Part shown: positions 9,520-20,612 of the stretch, piece after piece
Layout of the letters: each line of letters opens with the position of its first letter
Numbering within the stretch: position 1 is the first letter of the stretch
Assembly: GCA_017510445.1 (NCBI GenBank)
Contig: JAFWNF010000002.1
Span: 20,294-52,293 of the forward strand
Direction: 5' to 3'
Length of the DNA stretch: 32,000 bases
DNA from: Candidatus Saccharimonadota bacterium
Lineage (GTDB): Bacteria; Patescibacteriota; Saccharimonadia; Saccharimonadales; Saccharimonadaceae
The notes under the pieces: generated by a model
What the model saw: the letters and a program-made list of their open reading frames with translations, nothing else
Told to the model about the DNA's origin: nothing
Databases searched by the model: none
Made by a program: the position numbers and the translations under genes

Positions 9520-9526
9520 TCCAAAC

Positions 9527-9561
9527 AAAAAAGCTCCCCTAGAAAACAGGGGAACTTTTTT
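9527..9561 (+). terminator. Terminator after SPFH/zinc-ribbon operon
   Basis: AAAAAAGcTCCCCT-agaaaac-AGGGGAaCTTTTTT, with T-runs in both directions. Confidence 0.8.
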
Positions 9562-9661
9562 GTTTAGATTATTAGCATTCGAAAATAACAGGGTTTTCCA
9601 ACCCATATCAACATTATAGCACACTTATTTAAAAAAGTCAAGCATAATAGAAATAAACCAA

Positions 9662-9682
9662 TAAAAAACCGCCTTAAGGCGT
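9662..9682 (-). terminator. Terminator of the minus-strand ABC operon
   Basis: Minus strand reads CGCC-TTAA-GGCG-GTTTTTTATT. Confidence 0.6.
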
Positions 9683-9832
9683 GAATTTATAGTGGTGCAC
9701 CTAATATCTCCAAATTTAAATTTTTTTAGCTCAATTAAATCGTGCGATTTCGATGAGCTAAGTAAAGAACTTAATCGCTGGAAAGATGCACTCCACAATG
9801 ATTATATCAGGTGGCAGGTGGTTCATAAATAG
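9665..9832 (+). pseudogene. Possible C-terminal remnant of a transposase/integrase-like ORF
   Basis: Open frame without a convincing start: ...LISPNLNFFSSIKSCDFDELSKELNRWKDALHNDYIRWQVVHK*. Loosely like C-terminal tails of integrase-core transposases; it overlaps the terminator above. Confidence 0.25.
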
Positions 9833-9837
9833 TACGA

Positions 9838-10569
9838 CTACTTATTATCACTAATCATCCTTTTTTTAAATATAATAATTGATAACAAAATAACCGCTAC
9901 GAAATAAAATAAGAATACTATTATATGAACAAGTGTTAAGTTATTAAAATCATTATGCAATGTTCCTTGAATTATATTTAAACAAGCCTCAAATGGTAAT
10001 GCTTTACATATAGCTTCAAATACTCCACCCATTGCTTCTATAGGAAAATACATTCCACTTGTAAAGCATACTAATTGAACAACTATACTTCCTAAACCAC
10101 CTGTTCCTTTTTCGCTAACTAAACTTCCAATTAGTATTCCTAATGATATAAAGAATATAGAAATTATCACAGACACTAATATAGTTGGAATTATACTAAT
10201 TGTAAATTCTAATCCCATAATAATAGCAGTTAAGAAAAACAAATCATTTTGAATTAACACTATTGGCAATAATGATAATATATATCCTAAAATATAATCA
10301 CTTGATTTCATTGGAGATGTCCCAAGTCTAATTAAAAGTGATGAAGTTCTATCCTTTGCAATTAATGTAGCAGTAAACAATGTAATAAATGAAAAACCAA
10401 ATAGAATTATAGATGGTGTGAAGTTTTCTAATCGATAATTATCCGCTGGTATATTAAATTGCTGAAATATAAATAATAAAAATAATGGCAACACGATTTC
10501 AAATATTAAACTTAAAGGATCTCTAATTAATTCCTTAAAATTTCTTTTAGCAAAATTAATCATTCTCAT
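9838..10569 (-). CDS. ABC-2 type transporter permease
   Basis: 243 aa, six TM segments, FRQ/FKELIRDPLSLIFEIVLPLFLLFIFQ start and GLGSIVVQLVCFTSGMYFPIEAM, typical of ABC-2 permeases. Confidence 0.88.
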   Translation of the reverse strand: MRMINFAKRNFKELIRDPLSLIFEIVLPLFLLFIFQQFNIPADNYRLENFTPSIILFGFSFITLFTATLIAKDRTSSLLIRLGTSPMKSSDYILGYILSLLPIVLIQNDLFFLTAIIMGLEFTISIIPTILVSVIISIFFISLGILIGSLVSEKGTGGLGSIVVQLVCFTSGMYFPIEAMGGVFEAICKALPFEACLNIIQGTLHNDFNNLTLVHIIVFLFYFVAVILLSIIIFKKRMISDNK

Positions 10570-11291
10570 TTTAGTTCACCCCAAGTTGCAATAGATACAA
10601 AAGCATCTTCGAAGTTTTTAGTTTTAGCCTTTTTAATTAATTCTTCTGAAGTACCAACATCAATAAGACTACCATTTGCCATTATACCAATTCTGTCCGA
10701 TAATCTTTCTGCTTCCTCCATATAATGAGTTGTTAATATAATTGTTATTTTGCCTTTTAATGAATTAATAATTTTCCATAGTTCTTTTCTTGCAATAACA
10801 TCTAATCCTAATGTTGGTTCATCTAAAAACAATATTTTTGGATCGTTTATTAAGCTTATTGCAACAGATACTTTTCTCTGCCAACCACCTGATAAAGTTT
10901 TTGCTTTTTTGTTTAGTACATCATTAAGCTTAAACTGTTTAATGAGTTCATTAATCTTTTTTTCTTTATCTTTTATCTGGTAAACTCCAGCCATAAATTC
11001 TAAGTTTTCTTTTACGGTTAAATTCGGAGCAACAGCAGTTTCCTGTGGCGATACATTTAAGATTTCTTTAATTTTAAACACATCTTTTTTCATATTCATA
11101 TCTTCGATTATTATCTCGCCAGAAGTTGGAAGTATTAAGCCAGAAAGCATCTTTATTGTAGTTGTTTTTCCAGCTCCGTTTACTCCTAAAAGTGCAAATA
11201 TTTCGCCTCGTTTAATATTTAAATCAATTTCATTTACAGCTACCTTATCTTTAAATTTTTTTGTTAATTTTTTTGTTTTAATCGCAATCAT
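10566..11291 (-). CDS. ABC transporter ATP-binding protein
   Basis: Walker A GVNGAGKTTTIKML, signature LSGGWQRKVS, Walker B ILFLDEPTLGLD, H-loop TTHYMEEAE. Confidence 0.96.
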   Translation of the reverse strand: MIAIKTKKLTKKFKDKVAVNEIDLNIKRGEIFALLGVNGAGKTTTIKMLSGLILPTSGEIIIEDMNMKKDVFKIKEILNVSPQETAVAPNLTVKENLEFMAGVYQIKDKEKKINELIKQFKLNDVLNKKAKTLSGGWQRKVSVAISLINDPKILFLDEPTLGLDVIARKELWKIINSLKGKITIILTTHYMEEAERLSDRIGIMANGSLIDVGTSEELIKKAKTKNFEDAFVSIATWGELK

Positions 11292-11494
11292 TGTTTATTA
11301 CCTCCTTTTGGGAATACTTTATCAGACAAATCTTCAATTGCATCTGCTTTTAATAGCGCAATACCCTTTTCTTTATCACATAATACGATAATAGAATCCC
11401 CAGGATTAATATCAAACATATCCCTTGCTTCCTTTGGGATTACAATTTGTCCTTTTTCTCCAACTTTAGCAATACCTACAAATTTATCTTTCAT
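11288..11494 (-). CDS. AbrB/MazE/SpoVT-family DNA-binding regulator
   Basis: 68 aa; VGIAKVGEKGQIVIPKEARDMFDINPGDSIIVLCDKEKGIAL is the classic swapped-hairpin AbrB motif. SD AAAGGAG upstream. Confidence 0.92.
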   Translation of the reverse strand: MKDKFVGIAKVGEKGQIVIPKEARDMFDINPGDSIIVLCDKEKGIALLKADAIEDLSDKVFPKGGNKQ

Positions 11495-11507
11495 ATAAGT
11501 CTCCTTT

Positions 11508-11546
11508 AAGTATAACTAGTTATACTTTTCATACTTAATTATACTT
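11508..11546 (-). promoter_or_regulatory. Palindromic operator and promoter of the AbrB/ABC operon
   Basis: Perfect 20-bp palindrome AAGTATAACTAGTTATACTT (11508-11527) plus two more AAGTATRA copies. Minus strand has TTTACT-N17-TATAAT overlapping the repeats. Confidence 0.65.
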
Positions 11547-11675
11547 TTATTATTCTCAAAAGTAAACATATTGAGAACTCGAAATACTACGAGTTTTGCA
11601 TTCTGAAAATTAACCCAAAATCTGAGATGGTGATGTACGAATGCTTATAAAATAAATATTCAAGATTACAACAAA

Positions 11676-11691
11676 ATAAGGCTCCTAGAGC
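11676..11691 (-). terminator. Terminator downstream of tRNA-Gly
   Basis: Minus strand reads GGCTC-tag-GAGCC followed by TTATTTTG. Confidence 0.5.
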
Positions 11692-11699
11692 CATAAAAA

Positions 11700-11776
11700 T
11701 GGTGCGAGCGAAGAGACTCTAACTCTCGACCTCTTCCTTGGCAAGGAAGCGCTCTAAACAACTGAGCTACGCTCGC
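11700..11776 (-). tRNA. tRNA-Gly (anticodon GCC), CCA encoded
   Basis: Minus strand: GCGAGCG TA GCTC AGTTGTTTA GAGC G CTTCC TTGCCAA GGAAG AGGTC GAGAG TTAGAGT CTCTT CGCTCGC A CCA. All four stems pair. Confidence 0.95.
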
Positions 11777-11817
11777 AACTATATTTATTATATCAAAAAA
11801 CTTATAGAAAAACAAGA

Positions 11818-12687
11818 TTATCTATGTTTTGCGTAAAATGCAAGCCCAACAGTATCCGGACCACAATGAGCACCGATAGTTGGGTTTACAGTCGTTGTTT
11901 CAATCTTCAATCCCTTACCATATTTTTCTTCCAGCTTATCTTTCATTTCTTGGACAAGCTCATCATTATCGGCTGAAGCCAAAATAATTCTGTGCTCCTT
12001 TGGGTCAACGCTTAGTTCTTCAAAATAGCCAACAAGTTTTTCAACAGCACGGAATCGCCCCTTTTCTTTGCCAATATTTAGCATTTTCCCTTCATCGTTC
12101 ATATAAATAATTGGACGAATACCAAGAAGAGTTCCCATCGTGCCAGCCAAATTCGAAACGCGACCCGATTGTTTGAAAAACTTTAAATCGTCCGCAAAGA
12201 AATAACAAGCATAGTGTTTTACTTCTTTTTTTGCCCATTCTAGAACCTCTTCGACCGTTTTTCCGTTTTTAAATAAGTCGGCGATTTCTTTAGCAATGAC
12301 ATATCCCAAAATCGAAATACCAAGCGTATCGACTTCGTAAAACTTTCTTTCAGGATATTTTTCTTTCAGTTTCTCAACAGCTTTATCCATTGCATCGAAA
12401 GTTCCAGACATATTTCGGGAAAAATGAACGTAAAAAATATCATTGCCCTTTTTAAATTCTGGCTCAAAATACTCGACATATTTTTCTTCACTAATTGAAC
12501 TTGTCTTTGGTAAAGTCCCACCTCGAAGCTGTTCATAGAATTCATGTGCTTTAAACTCGTCCCAAGACTCGTAGGGATAAATTAAATCATTACCAATACT
12601 ATAAGGCATACTTATGAGCTTATAGCCAAGCTCCTTTGCTTCTTTTTTCGTCAAGTCCATATCTGTATCGGCGAATAAAACTAACAT
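11818..12687 (-). CDS. DegV family protein (fatty-acid-binding FakB-like)
   Basis: 289 aa; TSSIS, FSRNMSGTFDAM, FFADDLKFFKQSGRVS and GAHCGPDTVGLAFY correspond to DegV conserved blocks. Confidence 0.9.
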   Translation of the reverse strand: MLVLFADTDMDLTKKEAKELGYKLISMPYSIGNDLIYPYESWDEFKAHEFYEQLRGGTLPKTSSISEEKYVEYFEPEFKKGNDIFYVHFSRNMSGTFDAMDKAVEKLKEKYPERKFYEVDTLGISILGYVIAKEIADLFKNGKTVEEVLEWAKKEVKHYACYFFADDLKFFKQSGRVSNLAGTMGTLLGIRPIIYMNDEGKMLNIGKEKGRFRAVEKLVGYFEELSVDPKEHRIILASADNDELVQEMKDKLEEKYGKGLKIETTTVNPTIGAHCGPDTVGLAFYAKHR

Positions 12688-12694
12688 TTTCCTC

Positions 12695-14350
12695 CTATTC
12701 CAGAATTAAGATATAATCGTAAATTGGCTGACCGCCGTCGAGTAAATAAAACTCTAGCCTATTATACTTTTCTTTCAAGATTTTTTCCATCTCCTTTGCT
12801 TCATTCTCGCCAACATTTTCGCCATAAAATAGAATACAGATATCGAAATTTTCAGCTCCAAGCTTCTCAGCTAGTTCTGGAATAATATCTTTTCGTTCTT
12901 TTTTATCAACTAGAATTCTACCATCAGAAAAGCCAAGAAAATCGCCTTGTTTAATATCTAGTCCATCCATCTTTGTGTCACGCGAAGCTTGAGAGACCTG
13001 GCCAGTTACAACGCCAGAAACGATCCCATTCAACTCGTCTATCAAAGTGTTGATGTCTTCTGCGTTTGTATCAAACATAGAAATGGCAGAATATCCTTCC
13101 CCAATAGTTTTTGTTTTTATTACGCGAATATCCTTTTCCGTTGCTTCGGAAGCTTGTTCGGCCGTCATAATGATGTTTTTGTTGTTCGGGAAAACAAAAA
13201 TTGTTTCAGCATTAATTTGATTAAAGGCATCTACAAAATCGCTTGTTGACGGGTTCATGCTTTGCCCGCCAGGAATCACAACATCGCAACCCAGTTCTTT
13301 AAAAGTATCAACGACACCTTTACCATTCGCAACTGTAACGATTCCGTATTTTTTTCTCGGCGCTATATTTTGAACGCTATAAGTATTTCTAATCACGGAA
13401 TTATTGTGTTGCAAGGACATGTTTTCAATCTTAAGTTTTAAAAATTCGCCGAGTTGTTGGCAGTGATTCAAGACTTCGCCAGGATTTTTTGTATGAACGT
13501 GAGCCTTGACGACGCTTCCATCCTTAAAGCAAACCACGGAGTCGCCGACGGATTTTAGATAATTCGTAAAGTCATCAACGCTAAATTCAGAAATGTTTGT
13601 CTTTTTATTTTGAAGTCTTAAAAGAAACTCCGTACAATAACCGAACTCAAGTTCGCTATCTTCCGTAAAAAGGGAAATATCAAGTTCTTCAAATTCATTT
13701 TTTCTAGTTTTGAGAAAATCTGCATCGACTTTTTCACCATCAAAAGCAAACTGCATACCCTCAAAAATATACAGCAGGCCGACTCCACCACTATCAACAA
13801 CCCCAGCCTCTTTTAATGAGGGTAAAAGCTCTGGTGTTCTATCGACTGATCGCTTCATCTCGCGCGCCAAAAATTCAAAGTAATCTTCAAAAGTCGTTTC
13901 GCTCGTCATTTCTTTATGTGCAGAATTAACGCCATCACGAATTACAGTCAGAATTGTTCCTTCAACAGGTTTCGCAACAGCTGAATACGCTTCACTAACT
14001 GCCATCTTCATTGCATTATCAAATTCTTGCAGGTTCGCTTCTACTTTTCCTTCAAGACCTTTTGCTAGTCCAGCAAAAATTCTCGATAAAATTACACCAG
14101 AATTCCCACGCGCGCCAAGAAGCACGGCGCGCATTACTGCGTCGGAAGTTTTTGCTAATGAAACTGGATCATCAATATCTTCTGAAGAAGCGGCAGAATT
14201 AATTGTGAGCGACATATTATCGCCAGTATCACCGTCAGGAACAGGAAAAACATTAAGTTCATTAACAATTTCTTTTTTCTCGGCCAAATTTTTTGCGCCA
14301 CATCGAATCATATCGGCGAAAAGAGCGCCGTTTAATTTTAGAGTATTCAC
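12695..14350 (-). CDS. DAK2/DhaL-domain protein, fatty acid kinase FakA-like
   Basis: 551 aa; ELNVFPVPDGDTGDNMSLT, ILLGARGNSGVILSRIFAGLAKGL, KEAGVVDSGGVGLLYIFEGM. Confidence 0.9.
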   Translation of the reverse strand: MNTLKLNGALFADMIRCGAKNLAEKKEIVNELNVFPVPDGDTGDNMSLTINSAASSEDIDDPVSLAKTSDAVMRAVLLGARGNSGVILSRIFAGLAKGLEGKVEANLQEFDNAMKMAVSEAYSAVAKPVEGTILTVIRDGVNSAHKEMTSETTFEDYFEFLAREMKRSVDRTPELLPSLKEAGVVDSGGVGLLYIFEGMQFAFDGEKVDADFLKTRKNEFEELDISLFTEDSELEFGYCTEFLLRLQNKKTNISEFSVDDFTNYLKSVGDSVVCFKDGSVVKAHVHTKNPGEVLNHCQQLGEFLKLKIENMSLQHNNSVIRNTYSVQNIAPRKKYGIVTVANGKGVVDTFKELGCDVVIPGGQSMNPSTSDFVDAFNQINAETIFVFPNNKNIIMTAEQASEATEKDIRVIKTKTIGEGYSAISMFDTNAEDINTLIDELNGIVSGVVTGQVSQASRDTKMDGLDIKQGDFLGFSDGRILVDKKERKDIIPELAEKLGAENFDICILFYGENVGENEAKEMEKILKEKYNRLEFYLLDGGQPIYDYILILE

Positions 14351-14994
14351 TTAGCTAAACTCGCTTTCTTTCGGTGGCTTCTTTTCTTTCCCTCGACTGC
14401 AAACAAAGGAGAATGCTTTAGAATTGAGACCAATGAAATCAATATTACTCCGCCCGCAATTGGCAGTTGTTCGAAATATACACCAATTAAAATCGCAGAA
14501 AAGATCAAAATAGAAAACATAATATAGGCACGTTTATTACCAGGAATTTTTACAATAGTTTCAAAAACAATATTTAGAATTCCAAGTATAACCAATGGAA
14601 TTGGCGAAATCATCGTTACGAAAAGCGCAGTTAACTCGCCGTAAATTGTGGCGATACATTTTCCGCCAGTGAAACCGTGGAATATTGAAAAAGCATGACC
14701 AAGCACTGGTGCAAGAATAACTAGTACAATTGCAAAGCTATTATAATCGAGATATTTTAGCGCAATAAAAACAGGTAAGAATCCTTTCAAAAGGTCAAGA
14801 AAGAGCCCGGAAATACCAGCTACTTTTCCGCAATACCAAAACGCATTAGCGGCTCCAGGATTTTTATCTTTGCTGACCTTACAAATATCTGTATGAAAAA
14901 AAACGAGACAAATAAGTCGACAGAACATTATACTGCCGAGAAAATATCCGCCAATAATCAATCCTAACCAAGGCAAAATTGATTCAGTAATCAT
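14347..14994 (-). CDS. plsY: Glycerol-3-phosphate acyltransferase
   Basis: GYFLGSIMFCRLI, KDKNPGAANAFWYCGKVAGISGLFLDLLKGFLPV and GHAFSIFHGFTGGKCIATIYG motifs. Overlaps the start of the FakA-like gene. Confidence 0.9.
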   Translation of the reverse strand: MITESILPWLGLIIGGYFLGSIMFCRLICLVFFHTDICKVSKDKNPGAANAFWYCGKVAGISGLFLDLLKGFLPVFIALKYLDYNSFAIVLVILAPVLGHAFSIFHGFTGGKCIATIYGELTALFVTMISPIPLVILGILNIVFETIVKIPGNKRAYIMFSILIFSAILIGVYFEQLPIAGGVILISLVSILKHSPLFAVEGKKRSHRKKASLAK

Positions 14995-15036
14995 AACTAT
15001 CCTCGAATATCATTATAACCTTAAACGAATCCTAAA

Positions 15037-16059
15037 TCAAGCTTTAGTTGTTTTGGCTTCCTTTTCTTCCAAGATTTTTTTATAGAAATCGGTCCAAATT
15101 TTTAGAACATGTTCTTTACTATAAAAATCACTAATTTCTTTTGAGAGTTTTGAATATTTTTCATAAGTTTTTTGGTTATTTTTCAACTTTTCTATCTGTG
15201 TAATAAAATCGTCAACATTTTTTCCAACCAAATATTTATCAAATAAAATATCATGATACAAATTTAAATCGCGAAGAACCAAGGGTTTTTCGGCATTAAC
15301 GGCTTCAAGAATTGACATCGGGAAAAGCTCGTTAAAACTAGGCATAAAAAGCACATCGGCCATATTGTAGACGTCATTCATCTTTTCTCTTTCAATAATT
15401 CCTGTAAAGATGACATTCTCTGGTGGATTATCACAGATTTTTTTAAGCTCATTATAGCCGTCAGTAATTTTTCCAAACGAAAACCCTCCACACCAAACAA
15501 AAGTAATTTCTGGCATTTTTTTCGCAACTTCCACAAAGTCGAGTACGCCTTTTCTGGTCTGAATTTGCCCAACACCTAAAACCACAAAGCTTTTTTCAGG
15601 AATTTTGAACTTTTTTCTTAAATCACTCTTTTTCTTAAAAAATTTTTCTTTAGAAACATAATTTGGAATGTATGTTATTTTTTTTCGTGGAATTCCAAAC
15701 TTGACTAAATCGCTAATAAAAATCGGATTAACAACAACAAGATGTTCGGCGCGATTATAAAACTTCGTAACATATTTTTTAAAAACTCTGAATGCAATTT
15801 TTGGAAGTTTAATACTTCCATCTAAGGTAGTTGGTAGAAAATGTACATAACAAACACTTGCACCTTGCTTCATTTTGAAAAAATATCTTGGATCAACAGT
15901 GTGCGTATGCGTTATATCACATTTTTTTCGGCTGTTAATAAAAACTTCGAAATCTTCAGATTCTTTTAGCAAATTTATAAGTTCAATATATGCACTTCCA
16001 ACTCCTTGCCCTGCAACTTTGTCGGCGTTTGAAAGCATATTTATACTTATTTTTTTCAT
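15037..16059 (-). CDS. Glycosyltransferase family 4-like protein
   Basis: IPNYVSKEKF...VVLGVGQIQTRKGVLDFVEVAKKMPE...VIFTGIIEREKMNDVYNMADVLFMPSFNELFPMSILEAVNAEKPLV. Preferred start at 16059 because GGAGAAAAG precedes it; the ORF track starts at 16095. Confidence 0.88.
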   Translation of the reverse strand: MKKISINMLSNADKVAGQGVGSAYIELINLLKESEDFEVFINSRKKCDITHTHTVDPRYFFKMKQGASVCYVHFLPTTLDGSIKLPKIAFRVFKKYVTKFYNRAEHLVVVNPIFISDLVKFGIPRKKITYIPNYVSKEKFFKKKSDLRKKFKIPEKSFVVLGVGQIQTRKGVLDFVEVAKKMPEITFVWCGGFSFGKITDGYNELKKICDNPPENVIFTGIIEREKMNDVYNMADVLFMPSFNELFPMSILEAVNAEKPLVLRDLNLYHDILFDKYLVGKNVDDFITQIEKLKNNQKTYEKYSKLSKEISDFYSKEHVLKIWTDFYKKILEEKEAKTTKA

Positions 16060-16160
16060 CTTTTCTCCTATTTGTAGGATACCAAAAACGCCCATGTTTG
16101 TAAAATCAAAAATTGATTTTCAAGCTTAAATAATATATACTAAAAGCATAAAGGAGAAAG

Positions 16161-16706
16161 ATGCCAATCGCTTTAATTGTGACAATTATAATCGTTGCTG
16201 TCGTCTTTGGCGCAATAATTTTGGCAACCTACATGAAGCTTGTGAAACTTAACTCGCTCATTAATGATGCGTGGGCAGAAATCAGTTTTCAATCAAAACG
16301 TCGAGCCGATCTAATCCCGAAACTGACTGACATAATAAAAAAGAATCTCAAAAATGAAAAAAAGTTAGTCGAAGTTTTCATCGATGCGGAAAAGAAAATG
16401 GCTGGTGCTCGTACAATGTCGGTTCTAATCGATGCAGATAGAAAATTCACCGAGGCTTTTTCTTATTTAATCATGGTCTCCGAATCGAATTCTAAATTAA
16501 AAACCGATACCGATTTTCAGCAGTTGATTTCTGAGTTTTTGGACATTGAAGAAAAAGTTCAAGTTGCGCGCCGGGCATATAATATATATTCGGAAAAGAA
16601 TAACGCGAAACTTAATTCTTTTCCAGCGAATCTAATCAACAGCTTAATTGGCCATTTTGAAATTCGTCAGTATTACGAGCTAGACAAGCCAAAAAAGAAG
16701 AGATAA
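16161..16706 (+). CDS. LemA family protein
   Basis: N-terminal TM, NSLINDAWAEISFQSKRRADLIPKLTDIIKKN, VQVARRAYN. SD AAAGGAG upstream. Confidence 0.85.
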   Translation: MPIALIVTIIIVAVVFGAIILATYMKLVKLNSLINDAWAEISFQSKRRADLIPKLTDIIKKNLKNEKKLVEVFIDAEKKMAGARTMSVLIDADRKFTEAFSYLIMVSESNSKLKTDTDFQQLISEFLDIEEKVQVARRAYNIYSEKNNAKLNSFPANLINSLIGHFEIRQYYELDKPKKKR

Positions 16707-16707
16707 A

Positions 16708-17572
16708 ATGCAGAAACATATTAACGCGAACAAACGCAATACAATTTTGGCAATCGTTGGCTTTATCATTTTCGTCGTTCTAATTGGCTGTCTCTTTGCC
16801 TATTTTTATAACGATCTCGGTCTCATAATTCTATTTGTAATAATCTCAGTTGGCTATGTCGTATTTCAATATTATTTTGCCGACAAAGAAGCATTGCTTT
16901 TTTCAAGAGCTAAGCAAATCCAAAAAAATGATAACCCAAAACTTTTTGAAATAGTTAGTGACGTTTCGTCTTCCATGAAAATTCCTATGCCGAATATTTA
17001 TTTAATAAAAGATTCTGCTCCAAACGCTTTTGCAACAGGTCGCGATCCAGAACATTCTTCCGTAGCGGTGACGAGTGGGCTTTTAGAGATAATGGATAAA
17101 AACGAATTAACGTCAGTAATAGCTCATGAATTATCGCATATCAAAAACTATGACATTCGCGTTTCGATGATTGTCTTCGGTCTGGTTTTCCTTGTTGGGC
17201 TTTTTTCTGATTTAGGATTTAGGCTTTTATTTTATGGACACACTCGTCGTAGCAGTGACGAAGAACGCAGTCCGATTGGCTTTTTGATAATAATTATATC
17301 TGCTATCGTTTCTCCTATCGCCGCTTCGTTGGCCCAAATGGCAATTTCGCGCGAAAGGGAATATCTTGCCGATGCTTCGTCGGCAAAGGCTACAGGAAAT
17401 CCTGAGTCGATGATATCTGCTCTCAAAAAACTTGATACTCATGGTCGTCCGATGCAATCACAAAATACCGCGTCCGAATCGATGTATATCAACAACCCCT
17501 TAAAGAAAGGATTATTCTCGAATTTATTTAGTACTCATCCACCAATCGAAAAAAGAATAGCGAGGTTAGAAA

Positions 17573-17589
<17 letters not shown>
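16708..17589 (+). CDS. htpX: M48 family zinc metalloprotease, HtpX-like
   Basis: VIAHELSHIKNYDI (HExxH) and SREREYLADASSAKATGNPESM. Confidence 0.9.
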
Positions 17590-20519
<2,930 letters not shown>

Positions 20520-20530
20520 ACCGCTAAAGC

Positions 20531-20559
20531 TTGACAAATTAAATAAAGTATGCTACAAT
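20531..20559 (+). promoter_or_regulatory. Consensus sigma70-type promoter
   Basis: TTGACA (20531-20536), 17-nt spacer, TACAAT (20554-20559). No plus-strand ORF follows. Confidence 0.7.
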
Positions 20560-20560
20560 A

Positions 20561-20594
20561 AAAAGATAACCGCTCCCTAAGAAGCGGAATCTTT
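20561..20594 (-). terminator. Probable eno terminator hairpin, also capable of folding in a plus-strand RNA
   Basis: AAAGAT-aa-CCGCT-ccctaaga-AGCGG-a-ATCTTT; the minus strand continues TTATCTTTTATTG after the core stem. Confidence 0.5.
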
Positions 20595-20612
20595 CTGAAC
20601 GTGCCTCAGAAT

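Noticed and set aside
10750-10983. Plus-strand 77-aa ORF inside the ABC ATPase gene
   Set aside because: Antisense shadow of Walker B/signature region.
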